From assembly GCF_001194135.2 (NCBI RefSeq), contig NC_068984.1, positions 14,976,700-15,040,699 of the forward strand: a DNA stretch of 64,000 nt, given 5' to 3'. Numbering within the stretch: position 1 is the stretch's first letter; every line of letters starts with the position of its first letter. Below the pieces are notes generated by a model, which was given only the letters and a program-made list of their open reading frames with translations, did no database searches and was not told the DNA's origin. Shown here piece by piece: positions 48,111 through 62,666 of the stretch. This DNA is from Octopus bimaculoides. Lineage: Eukaryota. The translations under genes and the position numbers were made by a program.

Positions 48111-50614
48111 TATGTATGTGTTTGTAAAATATTACACAAAGAGTCCCATAGTTAAAAATGTTGTTCCAGACAAGACATTTCAATAAAATATCTAATAAGA
48201 ACAATAACACAATATGGAGGTAATAAAAATAGAGATAAATTTGATATTACAGTCTGCAAAGCCAACAAGAGAATTGAAGTTGTGTGTTAAAGTATTTAGT
48301 GTTTATCGGTGAGAACCATTCAGAACCAATAGAGCATAATCACCATTTTTTTTTTCTGTCAGTCTTGATAAAATCTCTCTGTTGCTACTCGGTGTTAAGT
48401 TTAATATGATAACCAAGGTGTGAATATGAGTTTGATTTACACTTAACTGCACCATAAGCAAATAAGTGTTAAGTTTAAAAACGTGTGGTCAGAGATAATG
48501 AATAATGTAGATTGGTTGGAATGATATTTGAACGATGCCAGTATTGGGAATAGGTCTAAGGGAATTGCTACCTTGTGGTCTTGTATAAACAGGACAGATG
48601 GCAATGTGGATAATATTTTGCCAGGTGATATGCTACCCATCATTTGCCCCTTTTTATATAGTTTCTCAAACATCCTAGAAACACCAGCCAAATTTCACAC
48701 CACTTAAAAAGCACCCAGTCCACACTGTAAAGTGGTTGGTGTTTGGAAGGGCATCCTGCTGTAAAAATCCTGTCGAAACAGTCACAGAAGTCTGGTACAG
48801 GCTTCAGCCTGGAAGGCTCTTGCAGTACCATCCCACCCATGCTAACATGGAAGGCAGATGTTAAACGATGATGATGCAGTGTTTCTCCATCATTGTTGTT
48901 TACCTATATACCCCCTTTGACTCCTATTTTAGTCAGCTGGACCCCCCATAACCATTCAATGTTTTAAAAATCCAATTATATTTTTATAATTAAGTATTAT
49001 TAAGAATTGTATTTTTAAAAAATTGTTAAAACATTTTGTGTCTTGTAAAAGGATAATCATTTGTTTCTCTTCAATGAAGAATTCTATCCAAAATATTAGA
49101 TTCTCTTCTTTCTTATGGCAAAATATATCATTCCATTCAGTGAATTTATTTATTAAGTTTTCCCTGTCAAGAATTTAAATAACAAAATCTTGTATGGACC
49201 CTAGGTAAGAATGACTTCTTTACTGTCTTAAAAAAAACAAAAGACCATATTGAATAATGTAGTCCAAGATGGACAATGCCTAGAAAAAAGTGTTTGTGGC
49301 TTGAATGAATTTTTTTCATTGGTCTGTTTGAGTAGAACTAACCAGGGTTCAAATCTCTTTCTAGTTTTGGCACAAGGCCAGCAGTTCTGAGGGAAGGGGA
49401 AAATCGTTTACATCAATCCCAGTATTTATTTTACTGGTCCTGAAAGGAAGAAAAGCAAAGATGACCTTAGTGGAATTTGAACTCAGAATGTAAAGCCAGA
49501 AAAAATGTCACAAAGCATTTTGTTCGACATGCTAACAATTCTGCCAACTCACCACTTTCCCAGGGTTAAATAGCAACTAGATAATGTAGGTTGATTGGAA
49601 CGTAATTGAACAATTCTTGTACATCAACAGCTTTTAGTGAATGGTTACTTTGTGGTTGGATGTAGCAAAAAAAAAAAAAACCCAGTAAACATGGCACTAC
49701 CAGCTACTAGCTTCATCTATATGGTTACTTGACCTATTAGAAACTGCAGCCAGATTTTACTCTACAACTTTAAAAATAAGAACATATTGAATGTAGTCCT
49801 GGATACACAATGCCAACCCCACCACCAAAGACAAGATGTTCATGGCTTGAATATTTTTTATTATTGGTTTATTTAATCAGAGCCGTCTGTGACTAAATAA
49901 CAACAACAACAATCTTCAGGTGATCCAAATATACCCTCCAAAAATATAAGTTTTTTCGAAGTTTGTGGGTATAAAGAGCAGATTGATGATGGCTGAAGTA
50001 AAAAATGTGAAAACAGAGCAACATTTGAAGAAAGACAGCAAAAATGGAGTAAAATCTGGGGTGGATGAAACAAAAAATTTGATATCCTTCTTAACTCTGA
50101 ATTCATAAGCTATGCCAGCACGGAACAAAGATGTTAAATGATGACAATGATGATGACTATTATTAGAAAACATGTCATTTCTCTTCAATTCAGAATTTGA
50201 TCCAAAATATTAGATTCTCAACTTTCTTATGGCAAAATATATTATTCTATTCTGTGAACTTATTTAGTAAGTTTTCCCTGTCAAGAATATGGATATGTGG
50301 GAACAAAGATATGTAATACAAACATGGAATCTAAGAATCATTGGAAGAAATATTGGTCTCAAATTTTGGCACAAGGCCAACAGTTTCAGGAGAGGGGTCT
50401 AGTTGATTATATAAACCCCAGTTCTCTGTTGGTATTTATTTTATTGACCCCTAAAAGGATGGAAAGCAAAATCGATCTCAAAAGAATTTGAACCCAGAAC
50501 AGGAAGGCAAACGAAATGCTGTTTAGCATATTTCCCGGTGTGATAACAAATTCAGCCAGAATTGGAAGAAATTACACAACCTTTTAATTAATGGTTATGA
50601 GGCACATGAAAAGA

Positions 50615-50910
50615 CATTCGAGCGAGATCATTGCCAGTGCCACTGGACTGGCTCCTGTGCAGGTGGCACGTAAAATACACCATTTCGAGCGTGGCTGTTG
50701 CCAGTACCGCCTGACTGGCCTTCATGCCGGTGGCACGTAAAAGCACCCACTACACTCTCAGAGTGGTTGGCGTTAGGAAGGGCATCCAGCTGTAGAAACT
50801 CTGCTAAATCAGATTGGAGTCTGGTGTAGCCATCTGGTTCGCCAGTCCTCAGTCAAATCGTCCAACCCATGCTAGCATGGAAAGCGAACGTTAAATGATG
50901 ATGATGATGC
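50615..50910 (+). mobile_element. RTE 3' end
   Basis: Subrepeats and ggcgttaggaagggcatccagctgtagaaac...gttaaatgatgatg. Confidence 0.8.
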
Positions 50911-52158
50911 CATTAGGAGCCTATTTTGTGATTGAGCTTTATCTGCCTCTTGGTTTAACACCTGGCTGTCATTAGCAGAAGCATTTAAGTCAGGTCTTTG
51001 ATCTGAGGATAACTTCCTTCCTCTCACTAGTCTTGGGAAAAGGTCACTGCATTTCCTTGTCTGACATAAATCATTAAAAAAAAAATTCAACATTGAATAA
51101 CTTTCAGTTTCAGAAAGTTTAGAATAAAGGTTAGGAATATAGTTAGTATTTAAATTTAAATAGAAAACAGATGTAGGAGCTCAAAAAGGTTCTTCACCGA
51201 AGAATTAATCAAAAGTCAAACATCTACTATAAAAATAATTCAAATATTTATCATACATCAACATCTGCAATTTATAAGAACTTTTATCAAATTCTGCAAT
51301 AAGTAATTCAATTTCATCAAGAATTGTTGGACACCACTAAAACAAACAGTGCCAATGCCAAGTAAACAAAATCTCAACATTCATTGACAATTCACAAATT
51401 AAAAATTTTTTTTTTTTTGATCTCTTGAAATTTTATGTCAGAATTAAAATGGTCTGAAGAGTTATTAGAATTTTTAGAATCAGATCGAAACTTTTACATC
51501 TGGTTCCAGTTAAGAACCTTTTGGAACTTTTGAGGTGCAGACATGGTTGTGTGGTAAAGAAGCTCACTTTGCAACCACATGGTTTCAGGTTCAATCCCAC
51601 TGCATGGCACCTTGGGCAAGTGTCTTCTACTATAACCCCAGACTGATCAATGGCCTTGTGAGTGAATCTGGTAGATGGAAACTGTATGAAAACCAATCAT
51701 ATATACAAGTTTGTCTTTGTGGTGTTGGTTTGTTTACATCCCCATAACATTGCAGTTCAGAGACCAATTGAATAAGTACCTGACTTTAAATAAATAAAAA
51801 AAAACAAGAAATAAGTACTAGGGTCAGTTTGTTTGACTAAAAGGCCCACAAGGTGGTGCTCCAGCATGGCTCCAGCTCAGTGATTGAAACAAGTAAAATA
51901 AAGATCTATTTTCTCTTTATGACCCAGGTAAATCCCCTTTAAAATTTCTGATTTCTTGGTTTGCAACAATTGCATCCAAGACTCAGGAACCCACATGGAA
52001 GATGAACATTTTCTTAGAAATCCCATTGAACTCTCCTCACACTTTCTCTCATTTCCCCCCTTATTACATGTTTTGTTCCTTTTGTTTGTTTCGAGTCAAC
52101 CCAGTTCAAACACATTCTACCACCTATTCTTATATTCTCACTATCTTTTGTCCTAGCA

Positions 52159-52534
52159 TGGAGGCGCAATAGCCCAGCGGTTAGGGCAGCGGACTCGCGG
52201 TCATAGGATCGCGGTTTCGATTCCTAGACCGGGCGTTGTGAGTGTTTATTGAGTGAAAACACCTAAAGCTCCCCGAGGCTCCGGCAGGGGATGGTGGCGA
52301 ACCCTGCTGTACTCTTCCACCACAACTTTCTCTCACTCTTACTTCCTGTTGTGCCTGTAATTCAAAGGGTCAGCCTTGTCACACTGTGTCACGCTGAATA
52401 TCCCTGAGAACTACATTAAGGGTACACGTGTCTGTGGAGTGCTCAACCACTTGCACGTTAATTTCACGAGCAGGCTGTTCTGTTGATCAGATCAACTGGA
52501 ACCCTCGACGTCGTAAGCGACAGAGTGCCAACAA
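52159..52534 (+). mobile_element. SINE family A, full length
   Basis: Intact A and B boxes; matches the other copies. Confidence 0.9.
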
Positions 52535-54287
52535 TCTTTGTCCTACCAAATACTTGTAATAATTTTACCACTCGAGAACCCCCTATCTTCGGTAATTCCC
52601 TTACAATTTCAACTTCTTACCATAATTCAAAAGACATGAAGTTTGCAGAATCCTTAGCATGTCACACAAAATGCTTAATGGCATTTCCTCCAACTTTTAA
52701 CATTCTGGTTTCAAATCTCGCAGAGATCAACTTTGCTTTCAATCCCTTCGGTATCAGTAAAATAAAATACCAGTCAAATACTGGGATCAATTTAATTAAT
52801 TTGTTTCCTTCCTTCAATATTGTTGACCATGAACTCTGCAACAGACTGGCACCCCATTCAGGGGGAATGTTGTGATCTCGGTCTCTTATACGATGTGGAA
52901 ACCAGAAAACCAGCCGGATATATACATATGCAACCGTTCATACATGCACACATATGATACTTGTTTATACAGCTAGTGCAAACAAAACCCAGAGAATATT
53001 CAAGAAAATAAAGCAAATATATCTTTCAAGATGAAAAAAATTGACATAACTTATTTAAACATTGGGAAGGGATTATTTTTATTTTAATCATAAATTTGTA
53101 AACAAGGCTTCTGGTTGGCCAATAACTGGTTCACTGCAATTTTAGTTTTTAGTTGTGAAAGGGAAGAGTGACAATGGAGTGTCTTTGTAATTCAATGCAG
53201 AACAAATATCAAAAGGGACTTCATTCAAGAAGTACCGGTCCTTTGGTTTTTTAATGGATGTTTACATCTTTTATTGATGCTCCTCAGTGAAGGATAATAC
53301 ACACATGTAAATAAATACAGATACATATATATATATATATATAGATATATCCATTCTTACACATGAATAATAGAACCACAATGCCTTGCCAAGTTCCAGT
53401 TGTTATAATTGATGCCATTATGCAAGAGATTGACATAATCTACAAAGCAATCAATAAAACCTGAAGCTAAAACTATAGTCACTAACAGAATTTGATAACA
53501 ATATTTGAGGGTGATAATCTATCCCTAATACTTTATATCCAAGCAATGACTCTTTGTCAGTCTTGTTAAGGAAATGCAAAGGGCAACGTGATAAGATCTG
53601 CATATGAAAGAAAAATTCATGTCACCTACATGTTTTTTTGTTGATGGCCTTAAGATGTACTTGAGTGATTTCAGGACATAGGAGTGGAATTAGGTCAGGA
53701 GAAGTGTTCATATAATATTCCAAACTGTACCTACCATTGAGGTTCTTAATGATGCAAAGTCTTGGAACAAAAGTACCATCTGTATAAAATTTCATTTTGC
53801 CAGGTAAACATGTAGCTGGCATCAGAACATGAATTTCATCGCAACAAATAAAAATAACAAGGAGAGGATAATTTTTAGCCAGAGAACAGGCATCTCTTTC
53901 CGGTAGAATGCTGGCAGAATTCTTACTTTAAAAGCTTTTAGATAGAAAAACATGCCACTGCAATGCTAAAGTGGTTGCAGACAAAAGAGGGAAAAATTCT
54001 TGTACATTGAACATAATTTTCATTACATGCCAGGCAGATGTTGAAAATGTAATAATGACCTCTCTGTACTTTAACATTACAGCTTTTCTTGTGGTATATT
54101 TGTCAACATCCTGTGAAATGGCCTATGTTTAATTAAACACAGCAGTTTTTATCATCCTGTGTTCATTCCAGAAGAGAATAATGGTCAAAAGGAGAATCAG
54201 TAGACTGCATCCTGATAAAATATAGGTGGCCAAAGCATATATATATATTATGTTTTGATAAATGATCTCAAATTTACACATTAAAAT

Positions 54288-54440
54288 AGTGTATAAGGAA
54301 CCCTTTTTTGTCAAAAATTAGGTTAAAAAAATATGGGAGTTTCTTATACACGGATAGTATTATAATCCCTTACAAAACCATTTCTCCAAATTTTAAACCC
54401 CCAAAATTAAGGGGTTCCTTATACACATTAGAATACGGTA
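54288..54440. mobile_element. 165-bp MITE copy
   Basis: Homologous to 43559-43724. Confidence 0.8.
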
Positions 54441-55075
54441 ACTCTTAAAAAAGCAGAAATTCTGGTCCAACTGATGGCAACATGGAACAAGGGCATTAAA
54501 TAAAGATGATATGTCAATGGTCTTCTGCCCTCATCTTCTTACATTGCCAATGAGACTTCTTTCTTCGTATCAAACTTCACTTCAGAAGCCAATTTTCAGA
54601 TGAATGCATTACCAATAAGAAAATACATGATTGGCTCAAAGAGAATATATCTGTTCACTGCGAGATTAGATTTTGTCTAACAGTAATTTCCCACTCTTAA
54701 ATTTATATATAAGCTATAGACTAGCTACAGCCACTATCTGGTGAGGCCTGTTTTATTATTGGTCTATTTAATCAGAGCTGTCTGTGATTAAATAACAACA
54801 ACAATCTTCAGGTGATCCAAATATACCCTCCAAAAATATAAGTTTTTTTGAAGTTTGTGGGTATGCTTTTAATGAAGATGATGCAAAGAACTGCTAAGTC
54901 ATTGAAAAATCATCACCAACTCTGGTAGTCAGTCAAGTTAATCAGATGCTGGTTTGTTATGTGTACAGAAGAGTCTAATTCGTAATAATGTATTTCTAGT
55001 CTTGTTTTTAAATAATTTTGGAAGCGACACACACACACACACAGGTTCAGCAAGTGAAGAATTGTAATTTCAGTC

Positions 55076-55206
55076 TACAGGGTGTCCACAAAGTCTTGGT
55101 ACATGGAGTAAATAAAATCAACATAAACAATTAAATATAAGAAATAATAATTTCTTTAAAGTAATGTGTTAATCTCCGTGTACCCAGACTTTGTGGACAC
55201 CCTGTA
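55076..55206. mobile_element. Tc1/mariner-type MITE copy
   Basis: Same TIRs as 1265-1395. Confidence 0.85.
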
Positions 55207-56486
55207 GTTAACTATTTAAGCTTCGATGTAGTTTGTATCATGCATGCTGCTTCAATCAGATTGTTTATGTAAGCAGTTCAAACGTGAAATAAAATGATTT
55301 GCTAAAAGTAAGAGAAGTGTAACAATTCAGGCAATACACTTTGCTGGAGAGGAATGTTTTGCAGTGGTGAGAGAGGGGGGGGAGGGAGAGGTCAAACTAG
55401 TGAAGTATAAAGAAAAATCACAAAGTAAGAGATGTTGGAGAGCAAAGAAGGGAGATAATCAACAAGAACATTGGTGGAAATAGGAAAATGAAGAGAAGAC
55501 AGCGAGAAGATGGTTAATAACAACGCTTACAACTGTGAGAAACAGGAAGGGTTGGTAACAAATTAGAGAACTAAGGGAAGATGGGAGTAAGGGTCTGGAA
55601 TAATATTCAGAATAAATTCCCAAACTGGTATTAGAGTATGAGAAAAATTAAGTAAAACAAATGTGCATACATGCATGCATACACACACAAGTTCTCTCTC
55701 ACACACTTATAGAATCCACTACACCACACAAACGCCCATCCACACACAGAGGAAAGTGCATACATTTAAGAACACATACTCTCACACACACGTTCTCTTT
55801 CTTCCTTCTTTTCCCCTCCCCTTCTCACTCACATCCATATAAAAATATAAATACAGAACCTGTAAACTAAGAGACAGAAAGACCTGAAGCAGATCTTGAG
55901 TAGGAGAGGGCATGTCACTGATGAGGTTATGACTGGCAACAAAAGGACTTTGACAAACTTAGCTGATTCGGTGACTAACTGACCGAATGATTAATCAAAC
56001 AACTGATTAGTTAATTGATTAAATAGTCAACCAAATAGCAAATAAAGAAGTAAAATAGAACCAGTGTGTGTTTATTATTGGCATAATGACCCTCCTGAGA
56101 TACAACAAAGTATGCATAAATTTTATTCAGATTTCTTTGTCAGATGTATTGCTTATTTATTCACATAGTTTTGAATTAATCATGCATTATTTTGTAACTT
56201 CAAAATTTCAATGGTGTGTTTGTATATTTTTACAATGATATTGTGGGGAAGGTGTGAGAGGTTGGATCTGGTCAGTTTTGACATAAAACAGGTAGAATAT
56301 TTGGGCCAAATATGGTCAGTTAAAATGCTAAAAGGTTAAACTAAATGAAATCTAATCAGGCCAAAATAATGGTCTTTTAGATGTTGGATCTGTATATTTT
56401 CCCAGAGTTAAAATCTTCAAAATTATTTAAAGTTAAAGTTAGAAATATCCTGATCATCATGGTTCTTTTTTCTTTTAATCCTTATA

Positions 56487-56775
56487 TGTGGAGGCGCAAT
56501 GGCCCAGTGGTAAGGGCAGCGGACTCATGGTCGGAGGATCGCGGTTTCGATTCCCAGACCAGGCGTTGTGTGTTGGTTTATTGAGCGAAAACACCTAAAG
56601 CTCCACAAGGCTCTGGCTCTTTCGCTCCAACTTTCTCTCACTCTTTCTTCCTGTTTCTTGAGTAACGCTACGATGGACTGGCATCCCGTCCAGCTGGTGG
56701 GGAACACATACGCCATAGAAACCAGGAAACCGGGCCCATGAGCCTGGCTAGGCTTTAAAAGGGCACATAATAATC
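56487..56775 (+). mobile_element. SINE with the family A head and a different 3' body
   Basis: Matches family A to ~56657, then gatggactggcatcccgtccag...catagaaacc...ataataat. Confidence 0.8.
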
Positions 56776-56847
56776 CTTATATAGAATTATTTGATTCAGA
56801 AACGTTGTGATATGTTGTATAACTTTCCTTTTTCAGGAAATTTTGTG

Positions 56848-57735
56848 TAGGCACAGACAAGACTGTGTGGTTAAGAAGCTTGCTTTGCAACCATGTGGTT
56901 TTGGGTTCAGTCCTACTGTGCCACACCTTGTGCAAGTGTCCTCTACACTAGCCCTGGGCCAACCAATGACTTGTGAGTGAATACGGTAAACAGAAACAGC
57001 AAGGAAGCCTCTGCGTGTGTGTGTGTATTTGTGCTTATGTTTGTCCCCCCCCTCCACCACCACAGCTTGACAATCAGTGTCGGTTTATTTATGTCCCCAT
57101 AACTTAGTGGTTCAGCAAAAGAGACTGGTAGGGTACGTACCAGTGTTAAAAAAGTAAGTACTGGAGGATAGGGTGGAGTAGGGGGGGGCAATTTGTTTGA
57201 CTGAATCCTTGAAGGTGGTGCCCCAGCATGGCTGCAGTCCAATTACTGAAACAAGCAAAAAAGATAAACGATGCTCTTTTATATCAGAGAACTCATATGG
57301 CAGATGGAATATATATATATATATATGTATGCGCAGGAGTGGCTGTGTGGTAAGTAGCTTGCTTACCAATCACATGGTTCCAGGTTCATTCCCACTGCGT
57401 GGCACCTTGGGCAAGTATCTTCTACTATAGCCTCGGGCCGACCAAAGCTTTGAGTGGATTTAGTAGACGGAAACTGAAAGAAGCCCCATCGTATATATAT
57501 ATATATATGCATGTGTGTGTATAAGTTTGTCTGTCTGTGTTTGCTCCCCCCCCCCATTGCTTGACAACTGATGGTGGTGCGTTTATGTCCCTGTAACTTA
57601 GCGGTTTGGCAAAAGAGACCGATAGAATAAGTACTAGGGTTCCAAAGAATAAGTCTTGGGGTCGATTTGCTCGACTAAAGCGGTGCTCCAGCATGGCCAC
57701 AGTCAAATGACTGAAACAAGTAAAAGAGTAAAGAG
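56848..57735 (+). mobile_element. Two tandem SINE family B composites
   Basis: Heads at 56848 and 57335, each with a tail ending ccagcatggcc..gtc..atgactgaaacaag. Confidence 0.8.
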
Positions 57736-57982
57736 TTAACACACAAAGCGCAACAGGCCATGATCATGGCCGTCAGGCACAGGTCGACCAGCCACGATTG
57801 TGGCTCAGATAGAGGCATTTAATTTATGAGTGTTTCTTGGGGTCTAATGTCACTCTAATTCTCCAATACCCATCACCCACCAAATGCAAGAGGACTAATA
57901 GTTCAATTAATGACTTTGCAGATGATGTAAAACTTGCCACCATTATATACTAAGAAGATATTTTAGCTACAATTGCAGCATG

Positions 57983-58180
57983 GAAGGTGTTTATAAGCCA
58001 TTTAAAAACACACACAAACCATTAGATTCACTTCAAAATTTAATTTGCCAAAATATTTTCGTCACTTTGAGACTGCAACCTGTTCACTGACAAAATTCCG
58101 TGCTGCATCTTAAATTAAATTTCAATGTTGAAGTGAATCTAACAGTTTTTGTGTGTTTTTAAATGGCTTATAAACACCTT
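57983..58180. repeat. Inverted-repeat element (~60-bp arms)
   Basis: aaggtgtttataagccatttaaaaacacac...gattcacttcaa / ttgaagtgaatc...gtgtttttaaatggcttataaacacctt. Confidence 0.8.
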
Positions 58181-58466
58181 ACAGACTGCAATGTTTTTGT
58201 TTCAGCACACAATCTCAGATCAGGTCACTTGCTATGCAAGTACATCTCCAATATTTTAACTATTTTTTTTTGTTTTTTATGTGAGCATGGTAGTCTCATT
58301 TTCATAAAATGTGCTCAGCAGTCCATGTTATTTAAGTGCAAGTCCCAGCGCTTTATGGGTTGAAGAAAACAACCCTTTAAATAAGCATGGAATTAACTAA
58401 TGTTTTGGGTGGCAAAGAAAGTTAAGAAATTAGACCTATGAAGGTAAAGCAAATTCTCATACAACA

Positions 58467-58595
58467 ACTGGGGGTGGGCAAAAGTAGGTATACAGTTGCT
58501 TAGTTGAATCGTTGAGGTTTAAAAATGAAAAAGGCATGAAAAGAATATTCTACCCATATTAAACAACTGTATGCCTACTTTTGCCCACTCCCAGT
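58467..58595. mobile_element. Tc1/mariner-type MITE
   Basis: ~30-bp TIRs actggggtgggcaaaagtaggtatacagttg / caactgtatgcctacttttgcccactcccagt. Confidence 0.8.
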
Positions 58596-60919
58596 ATATT
58601 CATATTTGAAGAATTTTCCAACTTTATATTAGCATAAATCTAAAATACAAAGGTAAAAGATATTTTAAAATGTTAAAATAATAAAGGGAAATTGTTATCC
58701 CAAACTCCATAATTCTTATCCTGTTCCATATTCAAAGAATGAAAAGCTTGCTCTCTCACCTTTGCAACATATCTTTATGCTTATCTTTGATATATATGAA
58801 ACCTGATCTTTTCCACTATTGTACACCTTCCAACATACTGAATTTTTGTTTGTTTGGTTTTGCTGTTTTTTGGTTTTTTTTAGTATTCACCAATTCTAAA
58901 CTATGCCATCTTTACAACTATTCATACTTTATATGCCTTACATAACAATACATATATATGCGCACACACATTCTCAAATATATACACATACATACACAAA
59001 CCCATAGACTCAGATGGGTCACACATCCAGTGGCTACCATGGGTTTAAAACATTCAGCAAATCTTTAGAATTTGCATAATTCTATGACCTATGAGATAAA
59101 TGGATCAATTAAACCTGTGTTATTTAATTCTCTAATCCTCAAAAACAAAACAAAGATTTAATCATATGTTAAACTATATTTCTGTTATAGAATTCATGGA
59201 ATCCCATATTTAGAACCAAAAGTGAAGATATTAAGCAAAGTTTAGGTAAGTTAAAATATGTCTGTGACTTATTTCAACTGCTAAAAAGCAAATTCACTGC
59301 AGTTACCATGGAGAAAATATCTCTCTTATGGCAAAATGGTGTGGAAACACCTTATTTGAATACATTACAAATACAAATGTTTCTTGTTGAGCAAAATATT
59401 ATATTCCCATCTCAATATCTCATGTGATATCATTTCTCTCCCAATGATTTTGTGCGTAAACTCAGTGAAGCACTGGTAATGAGAAATGGGAATTTGTTCC
59501 CAGGATTCTTCGAACAGATTCAATGGTTTTTTAAGCTTTGATGTTATGATCAGCTTCATTCCAGAGATTGTTTCGTAGATTAAGTAGAGGTAGAATATTA
59601 ACTGTTTTTGTTTTTTGTTTTTTTGCCTTTTTAACTTTATCAGAACAAAACTGATTGGCCAAATGTGCAAATATGTTTAGGGCTCATTGTCATGCATCAG
59701 TATCCATTTGAATGGCAAAATATTCATCAGAATAGAATAAAAGAACATCTCTCAAGATGTGAGTGATGTAATAAACAGAACCAAGTTTTTGATCTGAAAA
59801 ACATCTCCAGAACATGATATTGACTCACTTCATGGTGCTCTGGAGATAGGCGAGATTCTATTTGTTGCTGGAACAATGTCTCATAAACATCCTGCAATCA
59901 GATCTAAACTGACTGAACCTTGAATTATTTATTCATTCCACAAGACTTCACTTAACAAAGGTCCAGCTTTTAAGCCATGGCAAATTGAAAGCACGCTCTC
60001 TGGTTCTTCAAGAAAATGAATGACTTTTTCCGAGTGAAATTTTCATATAATGCCACTCAGTCGAGCTGAATGGGATTATGGCTGTATCCCATTGTAATGG
60101 GAATGGTTGAAATCAAGTGTCTAAGTCTCTTGTAGATGTCTAGACACAACTTCATGGTCAACTGCAGTCATTTAGTGATTAGAATCCAACAGCCTGTGAT
60201 TAAACCCATCTTCTCTTGAGGACATTTTCATGAGTCTTGTTATTTCTATAGCAGTTACCAGTCTATAAGAAAGTGACAGCAAAATTCACACAGGAAGAAT
60301 GACTGTAATTCAAATGCAAAAGCAGTGTCTCTGTAGCAAACACCAATCACTAAATAACCAGTTAACATCAAAACATACAACAAACACATACAATCGGTTA
60401 CAACCAGGAATGTGCAACATGGGTAGGCAAAGTAGGCAGTGCCTACCCTGAATAAAATAGATCGATAGTAACATTTTCCTTTTATGGCAAAATATACACC
60501 TAATACAATAAAATTATGAAGGTTAGTCTGATTATTATGCATAAAATGCAAAGTGTTTTATTGTTTTGTAGATTAAGTAGGCATAATTCACCCCTACTTT
60601 TCAATCTCAGTATTAAAACTATGCATAATACTGCTGTAGTACACGTGCTGCATACATTCCAACAGTTTTCTTTACATCCTATAAAGGCAGAAGTAATTCT
60701 GCCTTCCACTCAATCGTGCACCTGTGTTTAGCTTATTTTTTTTTTCTGTTTTACTACATAAACATCACCAACTGCCTGTCGCATAACCAGCCCATTTATT
60801 TAAAAAGTACCTTTGAATTGTCAGGTGACATGCCATGCTTGAGGAGACCTATTGAGTCAAGTAATTCAAAATCTAAATAAAATCAAATCACAATCAAATG
60901 GAAATTGTAGTTGTGGCCG

Positions 60920-61340
60920 ATACCAGTGCCACCTGACTGGCTCCCGTGCTGATGGCAGGTAATAAGCACCATTCATGCGTGGGTCATTGCTAGTGCCACC
61001 TGACTGGCTCCCCGTGTCGGTGGCACATAAAAAGCACTATCCGAATGTGGTCAATGCCAGCCTCCCTGCCCCAACTGTCTCCTGTGCTGGTAGCACGTAA
61101 AAAGGCACCATCCAAACGTGGCTGATGCCAGTGCTGCCTGACTGGCTCCTGTGCCGGTGGCAAATATAAAGCACCCACTATACCCTCGGAGTGGTTGGCA
61201 TTAGAAAGGGCATCTAGCTGTAGAAACACTGCCAGATCAGATTGGAGCCTGGTACAGCCTCCTGGCTTGCCAGTCCCCAGTCAAACCATCTAACCCATGC
61301 CAGCATGGAAAACAGAAGTTAGATGATGATGATGATGACG
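60920..61340 (+). mobile_element. RTE 3' end with about 5 subrepeats
   Basis: As at 27220-27625. Confidence 0.75.
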
Positions 61341-61761
61341 TACCTGGTTACAACTGTTTACAGACAGCTAAACTGATAGAAACTGAATGAGAATGTCACT
61401 GAGCAATGTGTGCCAGCCTCTCGTGCTTTCCCGTCTATAGCATCCTGACCAATCTAAAACTATGGAAAATATTATGGATTCATAAATTTGAACAAATTTT
61501 GCAATTCTTTATCTATGTCTCTAAAGTTATGGAGTGGTGAAATTTAAAACCAAGGAAGACTTCTATGAAAATATTTTTCAATAAAGATATTATCAAACAA
61601 GTCTTTATCTATTTTGAGCGCTTGTTTATAGTGATATAAGAAAATTAATATGTATTGATTATTGATTATCAATTTTATTTGAAAATTTAAAAAACAACAT
61701 AAAAACATCTGCTCAATGGTTTTAACCCATGGCTGCCACTATGTCACTATACATGAATGTG

Positions 61762-61798
<37 letters not shown>

Positions 61799-62081
61799 AT
61801 TTCTAACTTGTTTCAGAAACAAAAACAAAATGTACTCAATATATTGTGTTTAGTGACTATATTTATTACGATACAGTAGATAAATATGATTAATCTTCCC
61901 TGACTTTAAGTTTCATGCTAAACAGAGCATAGCTCTAATAGATGTGATCTGAGAGACAATCTCCATCCACATTTCATCTAAATGAGCAATGCTCTATTGA
62001 GCAAGAAAATTAAATTCATAAGAAAGTAGTCATATCTATTTACTATTTTATAATAAATATATACACACAAGTATGCGTGTG

Positions 62082-62134
<53 letters not shown>

Positions 62135-62666
62135 ATATATATTATATTTTTGATGATGATGATGATATATATATATATATTATATTATATATAATGTACA
62201 CCTGAAAATTAAAATGTCAGCACTATCAAATAAGTTAAATAAAGATACTCTGTTAGCAAAAATTTATGAAAAGGAATCAAATCTCTCGACTCAAAATTGG
62301 GTGAACAAGCATAATTTTTTGTTGCACATCTTACAACTTTCACAGAATTTATATTGAGTATTCTAAAGAGAAAATGAATTTAAATAAATATAAATAGAAG
62401 CAAATAATAATTTTATATATGTGTATATGAATAATTTTGTACACATGAGCTAATGAGGTTGATTACATTACCTTGTTCTGTTGTCATTCATTAATTTATA
62501 TATACACATGCTAGAGACATTGCTTCAATATGACAACACACACTCTCACACGCACTCACTCACACACACACTAACTCACACACTCTCTCTCACACACACA
62601 CACTAACTCACACACTCTCCCTCACACACACACTCACTCACACACACACAAACATACATATGTATG

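Noticed and set aside
59400-60551. GPCR- or SLC7-like pseudogene (hydrophobic ORF; CSGDVFQ)
   Set aside because: The resemblances are a few residues only, there are many stops in all frames, and motif order is inconsistent.
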